Below, piece after piece: positions 6,604 to 13,299 of a DNA stretch of 13,730 bases. The first letter of the stretch is position 1; each line of letters opens with the position of its first letter. Both the position numbers and the translations under genes were made by a program. This DNA comes from a virus. The stretch lies in UHGV virus genome UHGV-0087644. One strand, written 5' to 3'. The notes beneath the pieces are model-generated. The model was given only the letters and a program-made list of their open reading frames with translations. It was not told where the DNA came from and searched no databases.

Positions 6604-6764
6604 CGAACCTCACTCGCTGTTACTTTGAAATATTGCCGCCGGGCATCGCGTATCTTCTCCAGCTCGCAGTTCTTCGCTGACTGGTGATACTTGCTGATGT
6701 GGCAGACCGGAGTGCGTGGATCGAAGTCACGACCGCATACCGGGCACTTGATGCTGTTCTTCAT
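6600..6764 (-). CDS. small zinc-ribbon protein (54 aa)
   Basis: Track ORF 6600-6821 trimmed to ATG 6764, preceded by GAGGTGG; MKNSIKCPVCGRDFDPRTPVCHISKYH has a CxxC...C..H arrangement. Confidence 0.5.
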   Translation of the reverse strand: MKNSIKCPVCGRDFDPRTPVCHISKYHQSAKNCELEKIRDARRQYFKVTASEVR

Positions 6765-6874
6765 GGGCCACCTCAGATTAATGCGATGGATTTGCCCTTC
6801 GTTTTCTGGCGACCAACACAAGTCACACCCATTTCACTACGTGGCTTGCGGTAGTAAATTATATTTGTTCAGAC

Positions 6875-6897
6875 AATAAAAAACCCACCGAAGTGGG
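6875..6897 (-). terminator. rho-independent terminator candidate (minus strand; tL1-like position after the first gene downstream of N)
   Basis: 5-bp GC stem CCCAC/GTGGG with CGAA loop (6884-6897), abutting the stop of the upstream ORF, followed on the minus transcript by a U-run (plus-strand ATAAAAAA at 6876-6883). Confidence 0.45.
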
Positions 6898-7242
6898 CTA
6901 TGACCATTTTTTATTTGGATTTCGTTGGTGAGCGTGATTAACAACTCTGTGCATTACATCCTCATATTTTTCATCTTCAATTTTTTCGACATCGCGAGGA
7001 AATGGTGTTGCTAATGCTTTGTCAACTTTGTCCATTGGTTCTTCATTAATCTTATATTCAGGACCGTCATCTATAGCATTAAATCCAGGTGTTACACCGT
7101 TTTTTAATGCATATGCTATCCTTTTTTCCCATCTCGCTATTCTCCTCCTGTCTCGAGATGTAAGACCTCTATCAGATACTTTTCTGTTTTGTCCGCGGTC
7201 AGGATTAACATAAATAGTCTTTTTCACCATAAGCATACTCAA
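6898..7242 (-). CDS. hypothetical protein with arginine-rich N-terminal region (114 aa)
   Basis: Track ORF; start overlaps N stop (ATGA); SRDRRRIARWEKRIAYALKNG is basic; followed directly by a terminator. Confidence 0.5.
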   Translation of the reverse strand: MSMLMVKKTIYVNPDRGQNRKVSDRGLTSRDRRRIARWEKRIAYALKNGVTPGFNAIDDGPEYKINEEPMDKVDKALATPFPRDVEKIEDEKYEDVMHRVVNHAHQRNPNKKWS

Positions 7243-7544
7243 TAAGCACCGTACGGTAGTTTACTGTACAATTTTATTTTTTGGACTGCATGTATTTTGT
7301 TTCCTAACGGGTTTGAATCTTTGTAATAAATACTTCTATTTTTTCGAACGACTTCTTCTTTCTTCTTGCAGCAAAGGCTTCCTAGTGATGCTGCTTTGTC
7401 TGCTCTGACGCAACCAGAGAGCTTTAGCGCAATTTTTCGCGCCAGTGCTTCATTACTGCGTCGCTCGGCAATAAGTTCTGCTCTGCGAGCTTTGTAGCGG
7501 CTTTTTGCCGTACCTTTGGATTCTTTCCAGACAATGGTTACCAT
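7239..7544 (-). CDS. N: N-like transcription antitermination protein (phi21-type arginine-rich motif)
   Basis: Track ORF 7239-7574 trimmed to ATG 7544 (SD AGGAG); N-terminus MVTIVWKESKGTAKSRYKARRAELIAERR matches the phi21 N arginine-rich RNA-binding peptide as I recall it; nutL lies upstream. Confidence 0.75.
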   Translation of the reverse strand: MVTIVWKESKGTAKSRYKARRAELIAERRSNEALARKIALKLSGCVRADKAASLGSLCCKKKEEVVRKNRSIYYKDSNPLGNKIHAVQKIKLYSKLPYGAY

Positions 7545-7654
7545 AATGGTCTCCTTTAAGTGGCTTTGGCGCATGACGCGTCGAGGTGCTTATCTTCTCG
7601 ATCGCTGTCTTGCAGCTGCAATTCGCGCCATCCCCAAAACCACTCAAGTTCTGG

Positions 7655-7695
7655 TCTCAACGGTTAGGTTGAGAGTCCGCCGATGTTAAAGAGCC
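7655..7695 (-). promoter_or_regulatory. nutL: boxA plus boxB hairpin
   Basis: Minus-strand reading: boxA GCTCTTTAACA (plus 7684-7695), 9-nt spacer, boxB with 7-bp stem TCTCAAC/GTTGAGA and loop CUAACC (plus 7655-7674). Between the predicted pL and N. Confidence 0.6.
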
Positions 7696-7740
7696 TGCCA
7701 ATCTGTTCCGTTTGGCTTCCAGCGTCCTGCTGATGGCTTA

Positions 7741-7770
7741 AATTTAAGACTTCTTAATTTATTGGTCAAG
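7741..7770 (-). promoter_or_regulatory. pL promoter candidate with overlapping oL operator
   Basis: Minus strand: -35 TTGACC (plus 7764-7769), about 17-bp spacer, weak -10 TAAATT; perfect palindrome TTAAGACTTCTTAA at 7744-7757 overlaps the spacer/-10. Confidence 0.4.
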
Positions 7771-7834
7771 TGCATTTTTGAAGAAAACTTAATTTTATGG
7801 GCGTGAATTTAGTTTGTCTTTGATTTTTAACGGG

Positions 7835-7860
7835 AAATAAAAAAGGGGCGAAAGCCCCTT
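7835..7860 (-). terminator. rho-independent terminator for the cI transcript
   Basis: Stem AAGGGGC/GCCCCTT (7843-7849 / 7854-7860) with GAAA loop, followed on the minus strand by UUUUAUUU; overlaps the cI stop codon. Confidence 0.55.
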
Positions 7861-8509
7861 AAGGAAGGTTTGCTAGCTTGGCATCAACGACAACGCCAAT
7901 GATTTTACAGTTCCCATTGATTTCAATCATTGGGTATTGTGGATTGAGTGGTTTCAGGAATTTTCTACCGGCATCAATAACTAACTTTTTGAATGTCGCC
8001 TCGTTTTCCCCTTCAAGTTTGGCGACTACCAGCTTTCCATTACGTGGTTCGACTTCTGGGTCGACGAGAATAATCATCCCCTCAGGAATACTCAGTCCTG
8101 CCGGGGCAGTCATTGAATCGCCTTTAACGTCGAGCCAAAAAGAGTCTTCAGAACAATCTACCGTTGTGTCGTACCAGTTATCTATTGCACGCCTATGATA
8201 TGGCTCTACAGCTTCCATCCAACATCCTGCGCTTACCCAACTAATTAGAGGATACGAACCTCTTGGATCATGCCTGCTGTGATAGGCAATGTTTGAAAGA
8301 CTATCCTCTCCTTTCAACAGGTAATCAGGGGAGCACTGCAAAGCCTTGGCTAAGGCCAATAGGTTTTCGCCATTGGGCTCAGTTTCAGATCGCTCCCATT
8401 GGGAAATAGCAACATTAGACACGCCAACCATCTTGCCAAGGGCAGCCTGCCTAATCTTGAGTTCTTTTCTGCGAGCGCGAATACGCTCACCCATCAGTTG
8501 TGTATTCAT
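7859..8509 (-). CDS. cI: CI-type prophage repressor (HTH + S24 LexA-like peptidase domain)
   Basis: 216-aa track ORF; N-terminal HTH (QAALGKMVGVSNVAISQWER); C-terminal FWLDVKGDSMTAPAGLSIPEGMIILVDP...ATFKKL...FLKPLNPQYPMIE closely parallels the lambda CI C-terminal domain. Confidence 0.9.
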   Translation of the reverse strand: MNTQLMGERIRARRKELKIRQAALGKMVGVSNVAISQWERSETEPNGENLLALAKALQCSPDYLLKGEDSLSNIAYHSRHDPRGSYPLISWVSAGCWMEAVEPYHRRAIDNWYDTTVDCSEDSFWLDVKGDSMTAPAGLSIPEGMIILVDPEVEPRNGKLVVAKLEGENEATFKKLVIDAGRKFLKPLNPQYPMIEINGNCKIIGVVVDAKLANLP

Positions 8510-8589
8510 AGTTAAGACATCTTAAATAAACTTGACTTAAGATTCCTTTGGTGGATAATTTAAGTGTTCTTTAACTTCGGAGCGAGTCT
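8510..8589. promoter_or_regulatory. oR operator region with divergent pR / pRM promoters
   Basis: Palindrome TTAAGACATCTTAA (8512-8525); pR -35 TTGACT (8532-8537) and -10 GATAAT (8554-8559); degenerate operator-like TTAAGTGTTCTTTAA (about 8559-8574); SD GGAG before cro ATG 8590. Confidence 0.65.
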
Positions 8590-8775
8590 ATGTACAAAAA
8601 AGATGTTATTGACCACTTCGGAACCCAGCGTGCTGTTGCTAAAGCACTAGGCATTAGCGATGCAGCAGTCTCTCAGTGGAAAGAAGTTATCCCAGAGAAA
8701 GACGCCTATCGATTGGAAATCGTTACAGCTGGCGCCCTGAAGTATCAAGAAAGTGCTTACCGCCAAGCGGCATAA
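8590..8775 (+). CDS. cro: Cro-like repressor (YdaS/Cro HTH family)
   Basis: 61-aa track ORF immediately downstream of pR, divergent from cI; HTH region GTQRAVAKALGISDAAVSQW. Confidence 0.75.
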   Translation: MYKKDVIDHFGTQRAVAKALGISDAAVSQWKEVIPEKDAYRLEIVTAGALKYQESAYRQAA

Positions 8776-8781
8776 GCAAAT

Positions 8782-8822
8782 TGCTCTTTAACAGTTCTGG
8801 CCTTTCACCTCTAACCGGGTGA
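8782..8822 (+). promoter_or_regulatory. nutR: boxA plus boxB hairpin
   Basis: boxA TGCTCTTTAACA (8782-8793), 11-nt spacer, boxB stem UCACCU/GGGUGA (one G-U pair) with loop CUAACC (8805-8822), the same loop as nutL. Confidence 0.6.
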
Positions 8823-8890
8823 GCAAACATCAGCGGCAAATCCATTGGGTGTGCCGCTATAACTCAATATCAATATAGGAAAATTAACAA

Positions 8891-9187
8891 ATGGCACAAG
8901 CAAGCTACAGCAAGCCAACACAGCGAGAAATTGATCGCGCTGAAACTGATTTACTCATCAACCTGTCAACGCTTACCCAGCGCGGTCTGGCAAAGATGAT
9001 TGGCTGTCATGAATCGAAGATAAGCAGAACGGACTGGCGGTTTATTGCTTCGGTCCTGTGTGCTTTCGGAATGGCATCAGACATCAGTCCGATTAGCAGG
9101 GCTTTTAAGTATGCGCTTGATGAAATCACAAAGAAAAAATCCCCGGCCGCCACCGAGGATTTTAAGCAAATTGATATGCAATTCTGA
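8891..9187 (+). CDS. cII: CII transcriptional activator
   Basis: 98-aa track ORF; ...LAKMIGCHESKISRTDWRFI... and C-terminal KKKSPAATEDFKQIDMQF parallel lambda CII (HTH and C-terminal tail). Confidence 0.85.
   Translation: MAQASYSKPTQREIDRAETDLLINLSTLTQRGLAKMIGCHESKISRTDWRFIASVLCAFGMASDISPISRAFKYALDEITKKKSPAATEDFKQIDMQF
8900..8913 (-). promoter_or_regulatory. candidate CII-binding site (TTGC-N6-TTGC) of a pRE-like leftward promoter
   Basis: Plus strand GCAAGCTACAGCAA, i.e. TTGC-N6-TTGC on the minus strand, inside the first codons of cII, where lambda pRE lies. Confidence 0.4.
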
Positions 9188-9219
9188 GTGAATTACTGGA
9201 TCAATCCACAGGAGTAATT

Positions 9220-9381
9220 ATGACAAAACGTCGTAAGAAATACCAGGAAAAAGAAGAGATTCGACACCCTGATTCACCTGAGGGATTAGTGGTAGCCGCA
9301 GCAAATAACAGGGCGTTCGCAGAGCGCCTTGTTGGTGTTTACAGACTAGCCAAAGCAGGAGTGAAACATGGGCGTCGTTAA
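9220..9381 (+). CDS. possible small basic protein (53 aa) between cII and O
   Basis: Not in track; ATG 9220 preceded by AGGAG; [53 protein letters not shown]; 3' end overlaps the O start by 14 nt. Confidence 0.3.
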   Translation: MTKRRKKYQEKEEIRHPDSPEGLVVAAANNRAFAERLVGVYRLAKAGVKHGRR

Positions 9382-10198
9382 GTTAGCTGATTACAGGCCT
9401 CAACTGGAGGTCGTGGAGCATCGCGTGGCAGAACTCGAAGATGGCTACACTCGGACTGCAAACACACTGTTAGAAGCCGCCATGCTTTCTGGACTTACTC
9501 TACATCAGTTACTGATTGTTATGGCTGTGTGGCGCAAGACATACGGTTACAACAAAAAAATAGATTGGATCGGAAACGAACAGTTCGCTGAACTCACTGG
9601 CATGGCACCAACCAAATGCTCTACCGCCAAAAACGAGCTTATCAGAATGGGAGTTCTCATTCAGGTTGGGCGTCAAGTTGGTATGAATACAAACATTTCC
9701 GAGTGGAAAACGAAAGTTAACGGATTCGGTAAAACATTTACCAATTCGGTAAAACAAACCTTCACCAAATCGGTAAAAAGCAATTTACCGAATCAGTCAA
9801 ACACAAAAGACAATATACAAAAGACAATAAATACAAATACCCCCTTACCCCCTAACGGGGATGGCGATGGGCAGGTTAAACCTGAACGTCGCAAGGCAGA
9901 ACGAATCGACTACGAATCCTTCCTGAACGCCTACAACACCGAAGTCGGTGACAGACTTCCACACGCTGTTGCGGTCAACGAGAAACGAAAACGCCGCCTG
10001 AAGAAAATCATCCCGCAACTGAAAACGCCAAACGTGGACGGTTTCAGGGCGTATGTCAGGGCTTTTGTGCATCAGGCCAAGCCGTTTTACTTCGGAGACA
10101 ACGACACGGGCTGGACGGCTGATTTTGATTACCTGCTTAGGGAAGACTCGTTAACGGGAGTTCGGGAAGGGAAGTTTGCAGACAGGGGGATTGCATGA
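9368..10198 (+). CDS. O: replication initiation protein O homolog
   Basis: 276-aa track ORF after cII; SD AGGAG; iterons and an A/T-rich stretch inside the coding region; stop overlaps helicase start (ATGA). Confidence 0.75.
   Translation: MGVVKLADYRPQLEVVEHRVAELEDGYTRTANTLLEAAMLSGLTLHQLLIVMAVWRKTYGYNKKIDWIGNEQFAELTGMAPTKCSTAKNELIRMGVLIQVGRQVGMNTNISEWKTKVNGFGKTFTNSVKQTFTKSVKSNLPNQSNTKDNIQKTINTNTPLPPNGDGDGQVKPERRKAERIDYESFLNAYNTEVGDRLPHAVAVNEKRKRRLKKIIPQLKTPNVDGFRAYVRAFVHQAKPFYFGDNDTGWTADFDYLLREDSLTGVREGKFADRGIA
9724..9840. repeat. origin of replication: iterons plus A/T-rich region inside the O gene
   Basis: Direct repeats ATTCGGTAAAAC (9724-9735, 9744-9755), ATCGGTAAAAAG (9768-9779), inverted copy TTTACCGAAT (9784-9793), then A-rich 9801-9840. 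Confidence 0.6.
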
Positions 10199-11571
10199 AA
10201 CAGGATATCGAAGCGAGCGTTATCGGTGGCCTGCTGATTGGTGGATTAACACCAACCGCCAGCGACGTTCTGGCAACGCTGGATCCGGAAGCGTTTTCAA
10301 TTCCACTCTACCGGAAAGCCTTCGAGGTTATCCGCAAGCAGGCGAGAAACAGAAACCTAATCGATGCGCTGATGGTTGCCGAGGCGTGCGGAGAGGAGCA
10401 TTTCACGTCAATCCTGATGACCAGCAAAAACTGCCCGAGTGCCGCAAACCTGAAGGGATATGCCGGAATGGTCGCGGATAACTATCACCGCCGTCTGGTT
10501 CTGGAAATCATGGATGAAATGCGTGAACCAATTCAGAGCGGAACCATCGACGCATCGAGTCAGGCGATGGATGAGCTTGTAAAGCGTCTTTCAGCCATCA
10601 GAAAGCCCCGTGACGAGGTTAAACCTGTACGGTTAGGGGAAATCATCACTGACTACACTGACACGCTTGACAGGCGCCTGAGGAACGGAGAAGAGTCAGA
10701 TACCCTGAAGACCGGAATCGAAGAACTTGACGCCATCACCGGAGGGATGAACGCAGAAGACCTGGTGATAATCGCTGCTCGTCCTGGTATGGGGAAAACC
10801 GAGCTGGCGCTGAAGATTGCCGAAGGCGTTGCAAGCCGAGTTATTCCTGGTTCTGACGTCCGGCGCGGAGTGTTGATTTTCTCGATGGAAATGAGCGCAT
10901 TGCAGATTGCAGAGCGAAGCATTGCCAACGCCGGGAGGATGTCGGTTAGCGTGCTGCGAAATCCTGCATCGATGGATGACGAAGGCTGGGCGCGCGTTGC
11001 TAACGGCATGAGTCAGCTTGCAGATTTGGATGTATGGGTAGTCGATGCCTCGCGGTTATCGGTCGAAGAAATACGCTCAATCGCAGAACGGCACAAACAG
11101 GAAAATCCAAACCTGTCACTCATCATGGCGGATTATCTTGGCCTGATTGAGAAGCCGAAAGCAGACCGCAACGACCTCGCAATTGCTCACATCTCCGGAA
11201 GCCTGAAGGCGATGGCGAAAGACCTGAAAACGCCAGTTATCTCCCTGAGTCAGCTTTCGCGCGATGTTGAGAAGCGACCAAACAAACGTCCGACAAACGC
11301 AGATTTGCGTGATTCTGGAAGCATTGAGCAGGACGCAGACTCAATCATCATGCTCTATCGGGAAGCTGTATATGACGAGAACAGTAGCGCCGCGCCATTT
11401 GCTGAAATCATTGTGACGAAAAACCGTTTTGGCTCACTTGGTACGGTTTACCAGCGGTTCTGCAACGGACACTTTGTTGCATGTGACCAGGATGAAGCCA
11501 GACAGATTTGCACAGCATCAAATGCACCTGCTGCGCGTGGCAGACGATATGCACAAGGGGCTGACGTATGA
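10195..11571 (+). CDS. DnaB-family replicative DNA helicase (P22 gene 12-like)
   Basis: 458-aa track ORF; Walker [14 protein letters not shown]; DnaB-like N-terminal region and RecA-like C-terminal domain; coupled to O. Confidence 0.85.
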   Translation: MKQDIEASVIGGLLIGGLTPTASDVLATLDPEAFSIPLYRKAFEVIRKQARNRNLIDALMVAEACGEEHFTSILMTSKNCPSAANLKGYAGMVADNYHRRLVLEIMDEMREPIQSGTIDASSQAMDELVKRLSAIRKPRDEVKPVRLGEIITDYTDTLDRRLRNGEESDTLKTGIEELDAITGGMNAEDLVIIAARPGMGKTELALKIAEGVASRVIPGSDVRRGVLIFSMEMSALQIAERSIANAGRMSVSVLRNPASMDDEGWARVANGMSQLADLDVWVVDASRLSVEEIRSIAERHKQENPNLSLIMADYLGLIEKPKADRNDLAIAHISGSLKAMAKDLKTPVISLSQLSRDVEKRPNKRPTNADLRDSGSIEQDADSIIMLYREAVYDENSSAAPFAEIIVTKNRFGSLGTVYQRFCNGHFVACDQDEARQICTASNAPAARGRRYAQGADV

Positions 11572-11651
11572 CCATCTACATCACTGAGCTGATAGCAGGC
11601 CTGCTGGTAATCGCAGGCCTTTTTATTTGGGGGAGGGTAAATCGTGGCTGA
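11568..11651 (+). CDS. possible 27-aa hydrophobic peptide
   Basis: ATG overlaps helicase stop (ATGA); [27 protein letters not shown]. Could be spurious. Confidence 0.2.
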   Translation: MTIYITELIAGLLVIAGLFIWGRVNRG

Positions 11652-11850
11652 GTTAATTTTCTCTGCATTGAGGATTCTCGGTGCTATGTGGATGGTGGCG
11701 ACGTTCATTGTTGTTGCCAGCAGTTTTGTCCGGTTGGTAGGCGAAGGTAAAGACCTGGTGGGTGTGCTTTTCGGTAGCATTTTCCTGTGGGTGATTATCG
11801 GTGTTATGCCTGTCGCTGTAGCAAAAATGGCGTGGCGTTTTGTGAGTTGA
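11644..11850 (+). CDS. small membrane protein with two predicted TM helices (68 aa)
   Basis: Track ORF; GTG start preceded by GGGGGAGG; two hydrophobic segments. Confidence 0.4.
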   Translation: MAELIFSALRILGAMWMVATFIVVASSFVRLVGEGKDLVGVLFGSIFLWVIIGVMPVAVAKMAWRFVS

Positions 11851-11867
11851 ACTGAGGGTAAGTATCG

Positions 11868-12188
11868 ATGGACGAATCAAGAAAGCAGTTTGAAGAAAGT
11901 TGGTTGCGACGTGGAGGCGAATCCTCAGACCTTATCCGTTACCCTGAAAATCACCATGAAATTGGCAGTGGTAATATTGGTGGTCAATATGTGATGGACG
12001 ATGTTCAAGGCCACTGGCAAACGTGGCAGGCATCGCGATCAGCTATTGAAATAACCGCGCCAAAGTTCATCGACAGCAGAGAAGCATTAGCCAAAGGGTT
12101 TACTGTTGATTATTCCAATGGCTTCGGCGATGGAATGGATGCTTATGAGGAAAACATCCGCGCCGTTGGAGTCAAAGTGAAGGAGTGA
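11868..12188 (+). CDS. hypothetical protein (106 aa), start of nin region
   Basis: Track ORF; SD GAGGG; stop overlaps next gene. Confidence 0.5.
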   Translation: MDESRKQFEESWLRRGGESSDLIRYPENHHEIGSGNIGGQYVMDDVQGHWQTWQASRSAIEITAPKFIDSREALAKGFTVDYSNGFGDGMDAYEENIRAVGVKVKE

Positions 12189-12190
12189 CG

Positions 12191-12601
12191 ATGAAGCAAA
12201 CAATCTTCCTCCGTGGTAAACAACAACAGCAAGCCGCAATCAACGCCATCCTCGCAACACCACTCGATAAAGACAAGCCAGTTACCATCCGCATTACTGA
12301 CTACAAGCGCAACCTTGACCAGAACGCAAAATTTCACGCGATGCTGGCGGATATCGCACGTCAGGTTCAATGGTGCGGAAAATGGTTAAAACCGGAACAA
12401 TGGAAGGTTTTGTTGATCAGCGGTCATGCAGTGGCAACAAAACAGGAAGCTGATGTTTTGCCCGGGCTTGAAGGCGAATACGTCAACATTCGCGAAAGTA
12501 GCGCGCAGATGAGTGTGAAGCGTATGGCAAGTCTGATTGAGTACACGACAGCATGGGCTATTGGTCAGGGTGTCAGATTTACCGACAGGAGGTACGAATG
12601 A
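12191..12601 (+). CDS. ninB: NinB (Orf-family recombination mediator)
   Basis: Track ORF 12185-12601 trimmed to ATG 12191 (SD AAGGAG); ...[27 protein letters not shown]... parallels lambda NinB (RSLDQNRKLWACLGDVSRQVEWHGRWL). Confidence 0.8.
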   Translation: MKQTIFLRGKQQQQAAINAILATPLDKDKPVTIRITDYKRNLDQNAKFHAMLADIARQVQWCGKWLKPEQWKVLLISGHAVATKQEADVLPGLEGEYVNIRESSAQMSVKRMASLIEYTTAWAIGQGVRFTDRRYE

Positions 12602-12774
12602 GACGACAGCGACGAAGCATCACCGACATCATCTGCGAAAACTGCAAATACCTTCCAACGAAACGCTCCAGAAATAAACGCAAGCCAATCCCAAAAGAAT
12701 CTGACGTAAAAACCTTCAATTACACGGCTCACCTGTGGGATATCCGGTGGCTAAGACATCGTGCGAGGAAATGA
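12598..12774 (+). CDS. ninE: NinE
   Basis: Track ORF 12553-12774 trimmed to ATG 12598, overlapping the NinB stop (ATGA); [58 protein letters not shown] matches my recollection of lambda NinE. Confidence 0.65.
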   Translation: MRRQRRSITDIICENCKYLPTKRSRNKRKPIPKESDVKTFNYTAHLWDIRWLRHRARK

Positions 12775-13130
12775 CAATGGATTATTCACAGTTAAGTGAT
12801 TTTGAAATTAACAGAATGGTAGGAGACATAATTTTTAAAGGCCTTTGGGCATGTAAACCGGAAACGTCAGGGAATAACACCAACAAATGGTATTACGGAA
12901 ATGCTGATACAACTTTTGAGCCATTAAACCCTTTACCTGACTACTGCAATGATCCTAGCGCCTCATGGCCGATTATTGAGAAATACAGGATTAGCATTAT
13001 CAATCTCGATGAAGACGAGTGGGGTGCACGTGGTGTGGCCTACTGTAAATCTAAGCGAGCTATACATGAAAATTCCCTCCGCGCCGCCATGATTGTCTTT
13101 CTCATGATGCAGGACGCCAATAATGCTTAG
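12771..13130 (+). CDS. hypothetical protein in the P22 ninX position (NinX-like, tentative)
   Basis: Track ORF 12735-13130 trimmed to ATG 12771, overlapping the NinE stop (ATGA); 119 aa. Confidence 0.45.
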   Translation: MTMDYSQLSDFEINRMVGDIIFKGLWACKPETSGNNTNKWYYGNADTTFEPLNPLPDYCNDPSASWPIIEKYRISIINLDEDEWGARGVAYCKSKRAIHENSLRAAMIVFLMMQDANNA

Positions 13131-13299
13131 CCCATCCCAATCCCTCCAATACCAGAAAGAAAGCGTCGAGCGGGCTTTAACGTGCGCTAACTGCGGTCAG
13201 AAGCTGCATGTGCTGGAAGTTCACGTGTGTGAGCACTGCTGCGCAGAACTGATGAGCGATCCGAATAGCTCAATGTACGAGGAAGAAGACGATGAATGA
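13123..13299 (+). CDS. ninF: NinF
   Basis: 58-aa ORF not in track; [58 protein letters not shown] matches my recollection of lambda NinF. Confidence 0.65.
   Translation: MLSPSQSLQYQKESVERALTCANCGQKLHVLEVHVCEHCCAELMSDPNSSMYEEEDDE

Noticed and set aside
7453-7647. Minus-strand ORF of 64 aa overlapping the N start and the nutL region
   Set aside because: Out of frame with N, no SD, and it would read through the nut boxB hairpin.
8826-8860. Hairpin AGCGGCA-N13-TGCCGCT between nutR and cII (tR1 position)
   Set aside because: Large loop and no U-run; lambda tR1 is rho-dependent, so sequence alone cannot confirm a terminator here.
10176-10481. Plus-strand ORF of 101 aa in an alternative frame across the O/helicase junction
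   Set aside because: Entirely embedded in the O 3' end and helicase 5' end in a different frame; Arg/Gly-rich translation typical of an off-frame reading.
9509-12370. Minus-strand ORFs 9509-9757, 9845-10072, 10653-11009, 11448-11780, 11653-11880 and 12143-12370
   Set aside because: All are antisense to well-supported rightward-operon genes (O, helicase, NinB) and lack SD sequences.
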